A DNA stretch of 64,000 nucleotides. It comes from Capsulimonadaceae bacterium (GTDB lineage: Bacteria > Armatimonadota > Armatimonadia > Armatimonadales > Capsulimonadaceae). Shown piece by piece: positions 29,937-39,576 of the stretch (positions are counted from its first letter, which is position 1; every line of letters starts with the position of its first letter). The notes under the pieces are model-generated. The model saw nothing but the letters and a program-made list of their open reading frames with translations. It made no database searches and was not told where the DNA came from. The stretch spans positions 4,512,001-4,576,000 of the forward strand of contig OZ244065.1 in NCBI GenBank assembly GCA_965215505.1. Reading direction: 5' to 3'. Both the position numbers and the translations under genes were made by a program.

Positions 29937-30398
29937 ATGGCGGTCTACTTCCTGGACAGCAGCGGCATCGTCAAGCGGTACGTCACTGAAACCGGCACGA
30001 CATGGATCAAGCGGGTTTGTGACCCTGCCGTGGGTAACGACATTTACACGGCCCATGTGACAGGGGCGGAAGCCGCCGCCGTCATGCGCCGCGCTCGCCG
30101 GGGTGAGGTTTCCGTTGCGGATGCTGTCACTGCCGTTTCCGATCTGCAAAATCATCTTCGCAGCGGCTACACGCCCGTTTACATTACCGACGGCCTGGTG
30201 CAACTGGCGATTGAGTTGGTCCAGCGTCATCCGTTGCGCGGCTATGACGCCGTCCAACTGGCCTCCGCTCTGCAAGTAAAAGCCGGGTGTGCCGCGCTCG
30301 GCATTCCCGCTCCGATCTTCGTCTCCGCCGACAATGACCTCAACGCCGCCGCTGCCGCCGAGGGTCTTGCGACCGACGACCCCAACGCGCACCCGTAG
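29937..30398 (+). CDS. vapC: PIN-domain toxin
   Basis: YFLDSS.IVKRY..E.G, LRGYDAVQLASAL, FVSAD..L. Confidence 0.9.
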   Translation: MAVYFLDSSGIVKRYVTETGTTWIKRVCDPAVGNDIYTAHVTGAEAAAVMRRARRGEVSVADAVTAVSDLQNHLRSGYTPVYITDGLVQLAIELVQRHPLRGYDAVQLASALQVKAGCAALGIPAPIFVSADNDLNAAAAAEGLATDDPNAHP

Positions 30399-30418
30399 AC
30401 TCTAGGTGAGGGAACCCG

Positions 30419-30964
30419 ATGATCACCAAGACACGCGCAACGCTCGATGACCTCTACGCCACGCCAGGTAAGGCGGAACTCGTGAACGGAGAACTGGTGC
30501 TGATGAGTCCTACTGGAGCTACGCCGGGCTACGCCGGGGACGAGATATTCGCCAGCCTCCGTGACTATGTGCGGATGACGCGGTTTGGGCGGGCCGTGAG
30601 TGACAACAAGGGCTTCCTGACCCATCTCCCAAACCGCAAGTCTTTCAGCCCAGATGCGGCATTCTATCTGGGGCCGCTGCCCGGCATGAAATTCTTCCCT
30701 GACCCACCGGTCTTCGCCGCCGAGGTCCGCAGCGAGAACGACTATGGGCCGAAAGCCGAGCAAGACATGGCCGCCAAGCGCGCCGACTACTTTGCCGCCG
30801 GCTGCCAGGTCGTCTGGGACGTGGATCTGCTTGGTGAAGACGTGGTGCGCGTCTACCGCGCGGACGACCCCGACAGCCCGACCGTCTACCGCCGGGGCGA
30901 AACTGCCGAGGCCCGGCCCGCCGTGCCCGGCTGGACGATGCCGGTGGACGACCTGTTCGAGTGA
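30419..30964 (+). CDS. Uma2-family endonuclease
   Basis: ELVNGEL..MSP, PDAAF, AAEVRS, K.ADYF.AG..VVW.VD. Confidence 0.92.
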   Translation: MITKTRATLDDLYATPGKAELVNGELVLMSPTGATPGYAGDEIFASLRDYVRMTRFGRAVSDNKGFLTHLPNRKSFSPDAAFYLGPLPGMKFFPDPPVFAAEVRSENDYGPKAEQDMAAKRADYFAAGCQVVWDVDLLGEDVVRVYRADDPDSPTVYRRGETAEARPAVPGWTMPVDDLFE

Positions 30965-30986
30965 ACAAAGCATCGGAGGAACAGTC

Positions 30987-31331
30987 ATGCAAGTGCACCA
31001 GACGTTTCAGCTTGTTTTCGGGATAGTGATAGGAAGCGGCGGGCTATTCATCCTCTTCGGGAGTTCTTACGAGTGCTTCAAGAGCAAGTCCTTACCTCCC
31101 GATGTTCAGCAACTTTTGGTGTCGGCCGTACTCTTCACTGCTCTGGCGGCCACGCACCTCTCTCAATCTTTCGACTGGCCGCATCAAGACTCGCATCGGA
31201 CGGACCTAATTAACTTGGTTGCGCTGCCGGTCGTCTTTATCGGCCTTGTTTTGCTGTTCCTTCTCAAGCGGGCTGAGAAGAAGGCGAAAGCCGATGTGGG
31301 TACAACTGCACTGGGAGAACACAAAGTATGA
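30987..31331 (+). CDS. Small membrane protein
   Basis: GGAG RBS, three hydrophobic segments, stop overlaps the next start. Confidence 0.6.
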   Translation: MQVHQTFQLVFGIVIGSGGLFILFGSSYECFKSKSLPPDVQQLLVSAVLFTALAATHLSQSFDWPHQDSHRTDLINLVALPVVFIGLVLLFLLKRAEKKAKADVGTTALGEHKV

Positions 31332-32446
31332 CCGACATCACCAAGGGCCCCTGGCAGGTGCAGGATGAACTCATCGAGCAGCCGAGTTGGGGCGGGCAAT
31401 ATATCATTGACCTGAAAGGGCTGGCCGACGACCCGCAGTGGAAGGGTAAGAAGGTCGGGCAGTCCTATGAAATGGCGAAGGCGTCGAAGCTGATTGACCC
31501 CGACGGCGGGGCGGTGACGCCGCTGGCCGATCTGATCGAGGCGGGCCCGGCGGGCTTCCTGGGGCAAAAAGTGCTGGACCGACACGGGCCGGACCTGTCG
31601 CTGCTCATCAAGCTGACCCAGGCCAAGGGCAACTCGTTCCAGGTCCACCTCCCGGAAGGCAGGTCGCTCGGCCATTGGGTGCCCAAGCCAGAAGCCTGGT
31701 TCTACCTCGCGCCGGGCCTGTACACGTTCGGCCTGAAGGCGGGCACGGACTTTGAGGCGTACTCGCGCGTCCTGCACACCCTCGACGACGACATGGGCCG
31801 CCTGAGCCGCGAGGTCAAGTCGGGCCGGTTCTCCGTGGAGGAGGCGCGGGCGCAGGCGCAACAGCGGATCCAGACTTTGGACCCGTTCGCCTATGTGAAC
31901 ACGGTCGAGGCGCAGACGGACGACGTGATCGACCTGACGGCGGGCGGCATCCACCACTCCTGGGAGCAGGACGACGCGCGCTTCCCGGACGGCAACCTGG
32001 TGTACGAAGTACAGGTGGATGTCCCCGACGACAAGTGTTCCATGCGCGGCTTCGACAAGGGCAAGTTCCTGGACGACGGCGGCCTGCGCCCCACCCATGT
32101 GGCGGACTATCTGGCGACCATCGTGCCGGACCCCGCCCACAACGAGTTGTCCCGCCACGTCCGCAAGCCCGAGGTCGTGGAGGAAGCGAACGGTTCCAAG
32201 ACCGAGTCCCTGTTCCGCACGGCGCACTTCAACACGGACCGGCTGACTGTCACGGCGGGCGCGACCCTGCCGCAGTCTCTCGCTGACGGCTTCCACCACC
32301 TGTTCGTTCACTCCGGTACGCCCACCATCGGGGGCAAGACGCTATCGCAGGGCCGCTCCTACGTCCTGCCCGCTTCCGTCGGCGAGTACACGATCGAGGC
32401 GGGCAGCAAAGACGCGGTCATCTTGAAGACGTACCTGCCGGTCTAG
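31328..32446 (+). CDS. Phosphomannose isomerase type I-like cupin protein
   Basis: WGG, LLIKL....NSFQVH, KPEAW, GGIHH, YEVQ. Confidence 0.7.
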   Translation: MTDITKGPWQVQDELIEQPSWGGQYIIDLKGLADDPQWKGKKVGQSYEMAKASKLIDPDGGAVTPLADLIEAGPAGFLGQKVLDRHGPDLSLLIKLTQAKGNSFQVHLPEGRSLGHWVPKPEAWFYLAPGLYTFGLKAGTDFEAYSRVLHTLDDDMGRLSREVKSGRFSVEEARAQAQQRIQTLDPFAYVNTVEAQTDDVIDLTAGGIHHSWEQDDARFPDGNLVYEVQVDVPDDKCSMRGFDKGKFLDDGGLRPTHVADYLATIVPDPAHNELSRHVRKPEVVEEANGSKTESLFRTAHFNTDRLTVTAGATLPQSLADGFHHLFVHSGTPTIGGKTLSQGRSYVLPASVGEYTIEAGSKDAVILKTYLPV

Positions 32447-32454
32447 GAGACTCC

Positions 32455-33345
32455 ATGCCCGCCGCCCAAACACTGCTCGACCCCGCCTTCCTCAAGAAGC
32501 TCGAAGCCCTCAGCCTCGTCTCCAAGCGCGTCTTCGCCGGGCAGACCAAGGGCGAGCGGCGCTCCACCAAGCGCGGCTCGTCCATCGAGTTCGCCGACTT
32601 CCGCGAGTACACGTTGGGCGACGACCTGCGCTATGTGGATTGGAAGGCGTATGGACGGCTGGAGAAGCTGTTCCTGAAGCTGTTCGTGGAGGAGGAGGAC
32701 CTGAGCATCCACCTCCTGGTGGATACGAGTCAGAGCATGGAGTTCGGCAGCCCCGTCTCCAAGGCGATATATGCGCGCCGCCTGGCCGCCGCCCTGGGGT
32801 ACATCGCGCTGTCCGAGTACGACCGCGTCCTGCTGGCCTCGTTCAGCGGCGGATTGGGGGAGATGATGCCGCCGATGCGCGGCAAGCCGGGCATCTTCCC
32901 GTTCTTCAAGTTCTTGGAGACGCGGATGCCGGCGGGGGGCGGGACGAAGTTCGGGGAGGCCCTGACGCAGTACGCGCTGCGGGCGAAGAACGTGGGCATC
33001 GCCGTGGTCGTCTCCGACTTCTTCGACGAGACGCACGTCCAGGGCATCAAGGCCCTGCTGTCGCGGCGCTTCCAAGTGGTCCTGCTGCATGTCTTGGACG
33101 AGGAAGAGCTGCACCCGACCCTGACCGGCGACCTGCGGCTGGTGGACTCAGAGACGGGGGCGATCCGGGAGGTCAGCATCTCGCCGCACCTGCTGGCACA
33201 GTACGAGGCGCAGCTCCAGTCGTTCTGCGCGGGCTTGCAGGCGCTGGCGAACCGCTATAGCATGGACTACGTCCGGGCCTCCACGGGCTTGCCCTTTGAA
33301 GACGTGGTCCTGAAGTCCCTGCGCGGCGGCGGGATGGTGCGCTAG
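32455..33345 (+). CDS. DUF58 (vWA-like) protein
   Basis: G.SIEFADFREY..GDDLR.VDWK, DTSQSM, VVSDF. Confidence 0.93.
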   Translation: MPAAQTLLDPAFLKKLEALSLVSKRVFAGQTKGERRSTKRGSSIEFADFREYTLGDDLRYVDWKAYGRLEKLFLKLFVEEEDLSIHLLVDTSQSMEFGSPVSKAIYARRLAAALGYIALSEYDRVLLASFSGGLGEMMPPMRGKPGIFPFFKFLETRMPAGGGTKFGEALTQYALRAKNVGIAVVVSDFFDETHVQGIKALLSRRFQVVLLHVLDEEELHPTLTGDLRLVDSETGAIREVSISPHLLAQYEAQLQSFCAGLQALANRYSMDYVRASTGLPFEDVVLKSLRGGGMVR

Positions 33346-33357
33346 TCGGGATCGCGG

Positions 33358-34212
33358 CTAGTCGGCGTCCTCGGCGGGCCGTCCGTGCTTGTCGAAGCCG
33401 ATGTAGATGCGCGCCTGGGCGGACTTCGCCAGTTCCCGCAGCGCCTCCAGTTCGCGCAGGCGCAGCAGGGCGGGGTGGGTGGTGTAGGCCTGCGCGGCCT
33501 GATCTTGGGCGCGCAGGGAGTCCACCTCGGCCTGTGTCCGAATCGCCTGCGTTTCGGCCTCTACCGTGGCCGCCAGCCGCTGCGCCCCGGCCAGTGCGTC
33601 GGCCTGGAGCCGCTGGGTCTCGGTCTTGGCCTGCATCTCGATCCTCTGCACGTCCGCCTTGGTCCGCGCCTCCACGAGCTGCGCCTCGCTCATGCGCTCG
33701 GCGGCCAGCACCTTGTTCATGATCTCCTGCAAATTGCCGGGGAAGATCAGGTCCTTGACGTCCGCCCGGAAGATGGCGACGCCGTAGGTGGCCGCGATCT
33801 CCTTGACGTCCCGCAGGATGTCTTCGGAGAGCTGGTTGCGGTTCGTCAGGATCTCCTCCAAAGGCATGGAGGCCAGCGACCGGCGGGCGGCGAGCTGCAC
33901 GTCGCTGTACAGCCGGTCCTCGTACTTCTCCACTTCATGCAGGGCGGCGCGCGGGTCGGTCACGCGGAACTGGACGATGATGCTGACCCGAATCGCCACC
34001 TTGTCCGCCGTCAGGATTTCCTGCCCCTTGATCGTCAGGTCCCGCTCGCGCACGTCCACCAGCACGACCTCGACTTTCGGCACGCGCCCGAAGAGGGAAG
34101 GGAGCAGGCGCGGCTTGGGGAAGACGTAGCGCCCCGCCTCCAATATCCGCGTCAGGACGCCGTCCTCGTACCACAGCCCCCGGTGCGTGTCTTTGATGAT
34201 GATGTCGTTCAT
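33358..34212 (-). CDS. SPFH/band-7 (slipin-type) protein
   Basis: GQEILTADKV, DVKDLIFP, coiled coil, ALLRLRELE. Confidence 0.9.
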   Translation of the reverse strand: MNDIIIKDTHRGLWYEDGVLTRILEAGRYVFPKPRLLPSLFGRVPKVEVVLVDVRERDLTIKGQEILTADKVAIRVSIIVQFRVTDPRAALHEVEKYEDRLYSDVQLAARRSLASMPLEEILTNRNQLSEDILRDVKEIAATYGVAIFRADVKDLIFPGNLQEIMNKVLAAERMSEAQLVEARTKADVQRIEMQAKTETQRLQADALAGAQRLAATVEAETQAIRTQAEVDSLRAQDQAAQAYTTHPALLRLRELEALRELAKSAQARIYIGFDKHGRPAEDAD

Positions 34213-34229
34213 GCCAAAAACCGAAAAAG

Positions 34230-34348
34230 CAAGCCCCGTAGCCGGACCGATGGGGAGGACGAGCGTTCAGATAGCATCACTCAACCGCGTGTGGAAGGGG
34301 CGGCAGAGACACCTGATGGCGGCTCGCTCCTGAACCGGCCGGGGCTTG
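34230..34348 (-). ncRNA. Putative structured RNA or leader upstream of the SPFH gene
   Basis: TATAAT at 34354-34359 (minus); ends pair CAAGCCCCG-GCCGG / CCGGC-TA-CGGGGCTTG; U-rich tail before the ATG. Confidence 0.5.
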
Positions 34349-34381
34349 GGGCCATTATACCAGAAGAGGGAGGGCAGGACC

Positions 34382-35374
34382 TCAAAGAGACGAGCCTGCG
34401 ATCTTCTGCGCGAGGTTCCGGGCGATCTCCTCGTGGCCCAGCAGGGAGGGGTGGACCAAGTCCGTGGTGAGGCCGCCGACGGACGCCAGCAGGCTCCGTC
34501 CCGGCAGATGAAACAGATTGGGCAGGGCCAGGGCTTCCACCTGTGCCCGCACGACCTCCCGGAACTCCTCAACCTTTGGAAAATCATCCCAGTCCCCACC
34601 ATGCGTGAAGATTTCGGTGCAGAAGACTCGTCTGTCCGTATTGCTTCCAGCGATGCGCCCGGCGAAATAGCCGACTTTGCGCGCGAACTCGTCCGGCGTC
34701 CAGCCCAGCACATTGATCCCTAGTTCCAGGGAGGCGACGTGCCATTCCTCATTGTCGGCGATGAAGTCCGCGACGCTCTCGTCCATCCGCGCGCTGCCCG
34801 ATGTGCCCAGGCCGACGAGGTCCATGCCGAGTAGCTGCGCCGTCCGCATTGCGTATGTCCCGCTCGGCGTTGCCGCATTGCCCCCCTGCGTGATGGACGA
34901 GCCGTAGGTCAGCAGGCGGCGTGCCGGGACCTGTCCGGGCTGAGGCGGGGTAGGGGTGCCGGTTAGGCCGAGGAGTTCCGTCGGCCACCCGTGCGGCAGC
35001 AGGATGCGGACCAGGGCAGGGTCGAACGGGAGGCCCTGCGCCGACGCCAGCCGGGTCATCCGTTCCAGTTCGGCGGACGGCCCGACCGTGATCTCGGTCG
35101 GATCGGCCCCGACGGCATGGGCGCTCTCGGGGAACGGGCCGCGCCACACCTCCGCCACGTTCAGGAACGGCCCGCGCGAGGCAAGTGTCACCGTCACCGG
35201 TCCCGCCCCGACGTTGAAACGGATCTCCCCGCCTGACGGTGTCACCGCCATTTCTTGCCCGAACTCCCCCAGCGTCTCCCGCACCCGTGACGGCAGGCGG
35301 CTCATCTGCCACCCCCCAATGGCGCGCGGCAGCAGCTCGCGGACATTGTAAAGCTCGACGTTCTCGTGGATCAT
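34382..35374 (-). CDS. SGNH/GDSL hydrolase
   Basis: YGSSITQG, G.SG, ELGIN, DLVHP. Confidence 0.9.
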   Translation of the reverse strand: MIHENVELYNVRELLPRAIGGWQMSRLPSRVRETLGEFGQEMAVTPSGGEIRFNVGAGPVTVTLASRGPFLNVAEVWRGPFPESAHAVGADPTEITVGPSAELERMTRLASAQGLPFDPALVRILLPHGWPTELLGLTGTPTPPQPGQVPARRLLTYGSSITQGGNAATPSGTYAMRTAQLLGMDLVGLGTSGSARMDESVADFIADNEEWHVASLELGINVLGWTPDEFARKVGYFAGRIAGSNTDRRVFCTEIFTHGGDWDDFPKVEEFREVVRAQVEALALPNLFHLPGRSLLASVGGLTTDLVHPSLLGHEEIARNLAQKIAGSSL

Positions 35375-35375
35375 G

Positions 35376-36803
35376 TCAGAGCAGGTTCTTCTTGACCACC
35401 GTTCCTAACGGCGAGTCGCCGACCGTGTAGCCCTGCCCCTCGATCTCCGCCCGCAGGGCGTCCGAGCGGGCGAAGTCTCTGGCCTTGCGCGCCTCGTCCC
35501 GCTGGCCTTTCAGGGCGATGATGCTTTCGGGCAGGCCGTCTGCGTCGTTCTGCGCCGTCGGGAGGGCGGCGCGGGAGCGTGCCTCGATGTCCAGGCCCAG
35601 GACGGAGTCGAACTCGCGCCACAGGCGGTAGGACTTGGCCTCGTGCAGGGCGGCGACGGCGCGCGGCAGGTTCAGGTCGTCGGAGATGGCATCAAAGACC
35701 GTCTGATAAGCCCGCGCGTATTCCTCGTCGGAAAGGCCGTCGTCCTCGCCGATGCGCGCCTTCAGCTCGTAAACCTTGCCCAAGGCTTTGGTCGCCGCCG
35801 CCAGCGACTCCCAGGTTTCCACGTTGAAGGCCAGTTCCGAGCGGTAGTGGGCGGTCAGGCACAGGTAGCGGTAGGCGAGCGGGTCGTAGCCCTTGTCCAT
35901 CAATCGCTGGACGGTCAGGAAGTTCTCGCCGGACTTCGACATCTTGATGCCTCTGGCGTCCGCCGAGGGCGTGACGACGTTCAGGAACGCGCCGTGGAGC
36001 CAGAACCGGACGAACGGGTGCCCCGTCGCGCACTCCGACTGGGCGATCTCGTTGGTGTGGTGGACGGGGATGTGGTCAATGCCGCCGCAATGGATGTCCA
36101 GAGTCTCGCCCAGATACTTCATGCTCATGGCCGAACACTCGATGTGCCAGCCGGGGTAGCCCTCGCCCCACGGCGACGGCCACTTCATGATGTGGGTCGG
36201 CTTGTTGGTGAACCACAGGATGAAGTCGGCGGGGTGACGCTTGCCCGCGTCCACATTGACCTCCTCGCGCGCCCCCTCGCGTTGCGCGCCCAGGTTCAGT
36301 CCGGCCAGCTTGCCGTAGTCGGCGTCCTTGGCGGTGTCGAAGTAGACGCCCTCTTCCGTCTTGTAAACATACCCCTGCGCTTCCAGCCGCTCAATCAGGG
36401 CGATCATCTCGGCGACATGATCGGTGGCGCGCGGGGCGACGTTTGGCTTGATGACGTTCAGCCGGGCCGAATCGCGGAAGAAGGCTTCCTCATAGAATTT
36501 GGCGATGTCCCAGGGGGACTTCTTTTCGCGCTCCGCCGCCGTCGCCATCTTGTCCTCGCCCGCGTCCGAGTCCGAGGTCATGTGGCCGACGTCGGTGACG
36601 TTCATCACATGCTCGACCGCCCAGCCGTGCAGGGCCAGGGTCCGGTGCAGCAGGTCCTCGAAGATGTAGGTCCGCAGGTTGCCGATGTGGGCGTAGTTGT
36701 AGACCGTAGGCCCGCAGCAGTACATCCTGACCGTGCGGCCGTCGGCGGGCGTGAAGACTTCTTTCGAGCGCGTGAGCGTGTTGTGCAAAACCAGGGGTGT
36801 CAT
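35376..36803 (-). CDS. cysS: Cysteine--tRNA ligase
   Basis: CGPTVY, HIGN, PGWHIECS, HHTNE, KMSKS; TATAAT 6 nt before the ATG. Confidence 0.98.
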   Translation of the reverse strand: MTPLVLHNTLTRSKEVFTPADGRTVRMYCCGPTVYNYAHIGNLRTYIFEDLLHRTLALHGWAVEHVMNVTDVGHMTSDSDAGEDKMATAAEREKKSPWDIAKFYEEAFFRDSARLNVIKPNVAPRATDHVAEMIALIERLEAQGYVYKTEEGVYFDTAKDADYGKLAGLNLGAQREGAREEVNVDAGKRHPADFILWFTNKPTHIMKWPSPWGEGYPGWHIECSAMSMKYLGETLDIHCGGIDHIPVHHTNEIAQSECATGHPFVRFWLHGAFLNVVTPSADARGIKMSKSGENFLTVQRLMDKGYDPLAYRYLCLTAHYRSELAFNVETWESLAAATKALGKVYELKARIGEDDGLSDEEYARAYQTVFDAISDDLNLPRAVAALHEAKSYRLWREFDSVLGLDIEARSRAALPTAQNDADGLPESIIALKGQRDEARKARDFARSDALRAEIEGQGYTVGDSPLGTVVKKNLL

Positions 36804-36897
36804 GGGGTTATTATAGCACATGGCAGCCCATGCCGCCCCCGCCCGCGAAGGTGGTATACTGAGGAAGGATCACCCGCGCGAGAGGAGAGCCTTCCCA

Positions 36898-37275
36898 ATG
36901 ACTGCCACCATTGAGATAGATGAAGAAACGTACAACGGCTTTCTAGCCATCGCTGAACCCGGCGAGGATTTCGCCGCCTTCGTCGCCGCCGCAGCGCTCA
37001 AAGCTCTTGCGCGCCGCGAGTACCAGGCGGCGGGCCGCGCCGAGATGCAGGCCATGCTCGACGGCCCGCGCCACCGGTTCGACGCGGAAGGGACTTACCG
37101 GTCATACTGCGAGAAGTATGGCTGGCCCGACCTGTCGCACCTGTCGCGCGAGGAGATCGAGGAGCGGTGGGACGCGCTGATGGATGCCGCGCCACCCGAA
37201 AAAGCGTTGATGCGGACCGGCTGGCACCCGCATGAACAACGAACAAGACGGGCCGATCCGGTATGTCGTCGTTGA
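36898..37275 (+). CDS. Putative antitoxin
   Basis: Possible N-terminal RHH-like strand-helix; AGGAG RBS and TATACT promoter; overlaps the ParE-like gene. Confidence 0.55.
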   Translation: MTATIEIDEETYNGFLAIAEPGEDFAAFVAAAALKALARREYQAAGRAEMQAMLDGPRHRFDAEGTYRSYCEKYGWPDLSHLSREEIEERWDALMDAAPPEKALMRTGWHPHEQRTRRADPVCRR

Positions 37276-37639
37276 AAGTGACCGCTTTGCCGACGACCGC
37301 GACAGGGCCGTTCTCGGCTTCAACAGCAGGCAAGGTCCGGAGCGGGCGACTCTGTGGTACAAGGATTTGGCTCAGGCGATCAACGCCCTGACCGGCTTCC
37401 CCGGCCCGCTGCCCCATGCTCGGGACGAAGACGCCTCGGACTTCTACGGCCGCGAGGTCCGCCGCCTGCTCTACTACGGGCCGACGCGCAAGCGCAGCGG
37501 GACCCCCGTCCGCATCCTCTTCACCATCTTGCCGCCCGCCGCCGATGAGCCGCCGGAGACTGCCGAATCGGTCATCTTCCTGCTGCGGCGGCTGCGCGGC
37601 GGGCAGACGCTGGCCTCGGAAGAAGAAGACCCCACTTAA
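37232..37639 (+). CDS. ParE/RelE-like toxin
   Basis: Y.V......D......A..W...L..AI..L..FP, VRRLLY, RILFTI, IFLLR. Confidence 0.7.
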   Translation: MNNEQDGPIRYVVVESDRFADDRDRAVLGFNSRQGPERATLWYKDLAQAINALTGFPGPLPHARDEDASDFYGREVRRLLYYGPTRKRSGTPVRILFTILPPAADEPPETAESVIFLLRRLRGGQTLASEEEDPT

Positions 37640-37724
37640 ACAAGGAAGGAAAACGCCGACCCGGTGCCGAACGGCCTTACAGCCACCTCATCGAAGACCC
37701 TCTCGTTGAAGACAGGAAACTCGC

Positions 37725-38810
37725 ATGACCACACCCATGAAAATCGGAATCGTCGGCTGCGGAAACATCAGCAACATCTACCTCGGAGCGGGCAAGAAGT
37801 TTGACATCTTGGACATCGTCGCCGTGTCCGACCTGGACCTGGCGCGCGCCCAGGCCAAGGCCGAGGAACACGGCATCGCGAAGGCCGTCTATGTGGACGA
37901 GCTGCTGGCCGACCCCGAGATCGAGATCGTCGTCAACCTGACCGTGCCGGGCGCGCACTACGACGTCTGCAAGGCCACGCTGGAATCCGGCAAGCACGCC
38001 TATGTGGAAAAGCCGCTCTCGCTGACCCGCGCGCAGGGGCGCGACCTGCTCGAGACGGCCCAGGCGAAGGGCCTGCGCGTCGGCGGCGCCCCGGACACCT
38101 TCCTGGGGGCGGCCCTCCAGACCTGCCGCAAGCTGATCGACGACGGGGCCATCGGCCAGCCCATCGCCGCCACCGCCTTCATGCTCGCGCGGGGCGTCGA
38201 AACCTGGCACCCGAACCCCGAGTTCTTCTTCAAAGCCGGCGGCGGCCCGATGTTCGACATGGGTCCCTACTACCTCACCGCCCTGATCTCGCTCCTCGGG
38301 CCGCTGAAGCGCGTCACCGGCTCGGCACAGATGTCGTTCCCGGAGCGGCAGATCACCAGCCAGCCCCTGTCCGGCCAGACCATCCTCGTCGAGACGCCCA
38401 CCCACATCGCGGGCGTCATGGACTTCGCGGGCGGTGCGGTCGGGACCATCATCACCTCGTTCGATGTCTGGGCGCACAACCTGCCCCCCATCGAGATCCA
38501 CGGCTCGGAGGGGTCGCTGTCCATCCCGGACCCGAACTATTTCGATGGGGTCGTAAAGCTGTACCGCGACGGCAAGTGGGAAGAGGTCCCGCTGACGCAC
38601 GGCTACGCCGAGAACAGCCGGGGTATCGGCGTCGCCGACATGGCCTACGCCATCCAGGAGGGCCGCCCGCACCGGGCGAGCGGCGACCTGACCTTCCACG
38701 TCCTCGACGCCATGCACGGGTTTCTGGACGCCTCGCAGTCGGGCAAGCATTACCTCCTGGAGAGTCCGGGCGTCCGCCCCGAGGCCCTGCCCGAGATGTG
38801 GCCGGTGTAG
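37725..38810 (+). CDS. Gfo/Idh/MocA oxidoreductase
   Basis: GIVGCGNIS, EKP, GGGPMFDMGPY. Confidence 0.95.
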   Translation: MTTPMKIGIVGCGNISNIYLGAGKKFDILDIVAVSDLDLARAQAKAEEHGIAKAVYVDELLADPEIEIVVNLTVPGAHYDVCKATLESGKHAYVEKPLSLTRAQGRDLLETAQAKGLRVGGAPDTFLGAALQTCRKLIDDGAIGQPIAATAFMLARGVETWHPNPEFFFKAGGGPMFDMGPYYLTALISLLGPLKRVTGSAQMSFPERQITSQPLSGQTILVETPTHIAGVMDFAGGAVGTIITSFDVWAHNLPPIEIHGSEGSLSIPDPNYFDGVVKLYRDGKWEEVPLTHGYAENSRGIGVADMAYAIQEGRPHRASGDLTFHVLDAMHGFLDASQSGKHYLLESPGVRPEALPEMWPV

Positions 38811-38822
38811 CACGACACGAAG

Positions 38823-38861
38823 AAAAAGAGGGGGCGGGCCAGCGGCCCGCCCCCTCTTTTT
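38823..38861. terminator. Bidirectional intrinsic terminator
   Basis: AAAAAGAGGGGGCGGGCC-AGC-GGCCCGCCCCCTCTTTTT between convergent genes. Confidence 0.9.
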
Positions 38862-38871
38862 GACTCACCCG

Positions 38872-39162
38872 TCAGTGCTTGTGTCCAACTCGGTACTTGC
38901 GATGGATGCGGCCGCTGGAGGTGACAACTGACCGATAGGTGCGGTTGCCGTTGCGCCGGTGGACGACGGACTTCGCGCCCACCGTCCGGTGGGCGGCGAT
39001 GCTGGCATTCTCCGAGGTCTTGCGGATGGGGTACTCGATGGCTTTGCCCAAACGGTGCAGCGTGTTGCTGTCGTGCTTGGCCTGTGCCATGGGGACCACG
39101 AGCGCGGTCCCTAGGACACACGCGAGGACGGCGGCAGTGCCGCGCAGGTTGATGCGGATCAC
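38872..39162 (-). CDS. Small secreted basic protein
   Basis: Signal peptide ending AQA, AAGGAG RBS, His/Arg-rich. Confidence 0.7.
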   Translation of the reverse strand: MIRINLRGTAAVLACVLGTALVVPMAQAKHDSNTLHRLGKAIEYPIRKTSENASIAAHRTVGAKSVVHRRNGNRTYRSVVTSSGRIHRKYRVGHKH

Positions 39163-39276
39163 GTTTCTCTCCTTGTGTCGGTTTTTGGATCGGGGTGATG
39201 TCCCCTGTCATGCCCGTAAGCGCCCGAATTGAAACGGAAGTTTCCGCCCATCTGCGTTCCGCGCGTCTGCGTTCCG

Positions 39277-39564
39277 CTAACTGCGGGGCGGCGTCAGGTC
39301 GCGCTCCGCCTGCTCCCACTCGGCCTCGACTTCGGCCCAGCGCTCTGGCTCCAGCGTGACCGCTGGGAGAGGCTTGGACAGGCCCTGAAGGCGCGCGTGC
39401 ATCCCGCGCAGAAAAGGGAGCGAGGACTGGCACTGCGGGCAGCCTTTGACGTGCTGCTCCGTGTACCAGCGGGCCAGACCCGTCAGCCTCTCGTCCGTCC
39501 AGGCGGAGACCAGGGTCCGCATGTGCGGGCAGGGCTTCAGGTCGGCGGGGTCTTGTTTCTTCAT
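39277..39564 (-). CDS. Zinc-finger anti-sigma factor (zf-HC2)
   Basis: HVKGCPQC (HxxxCxxC) downstream of an ECF sigma. Confidence 0.85.
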   Translation of the reverse strand: MKKQDPADLKPCPHMRTLVSAWTDERLTGLARWYTEQHVKGCPQCQSSLPFLRGMHARLQGLSKPLPAVTLEPERWAEVEAEWEQAERDLTPPRS

Positions 39565-39576
39565 GGTCCTTCACTT

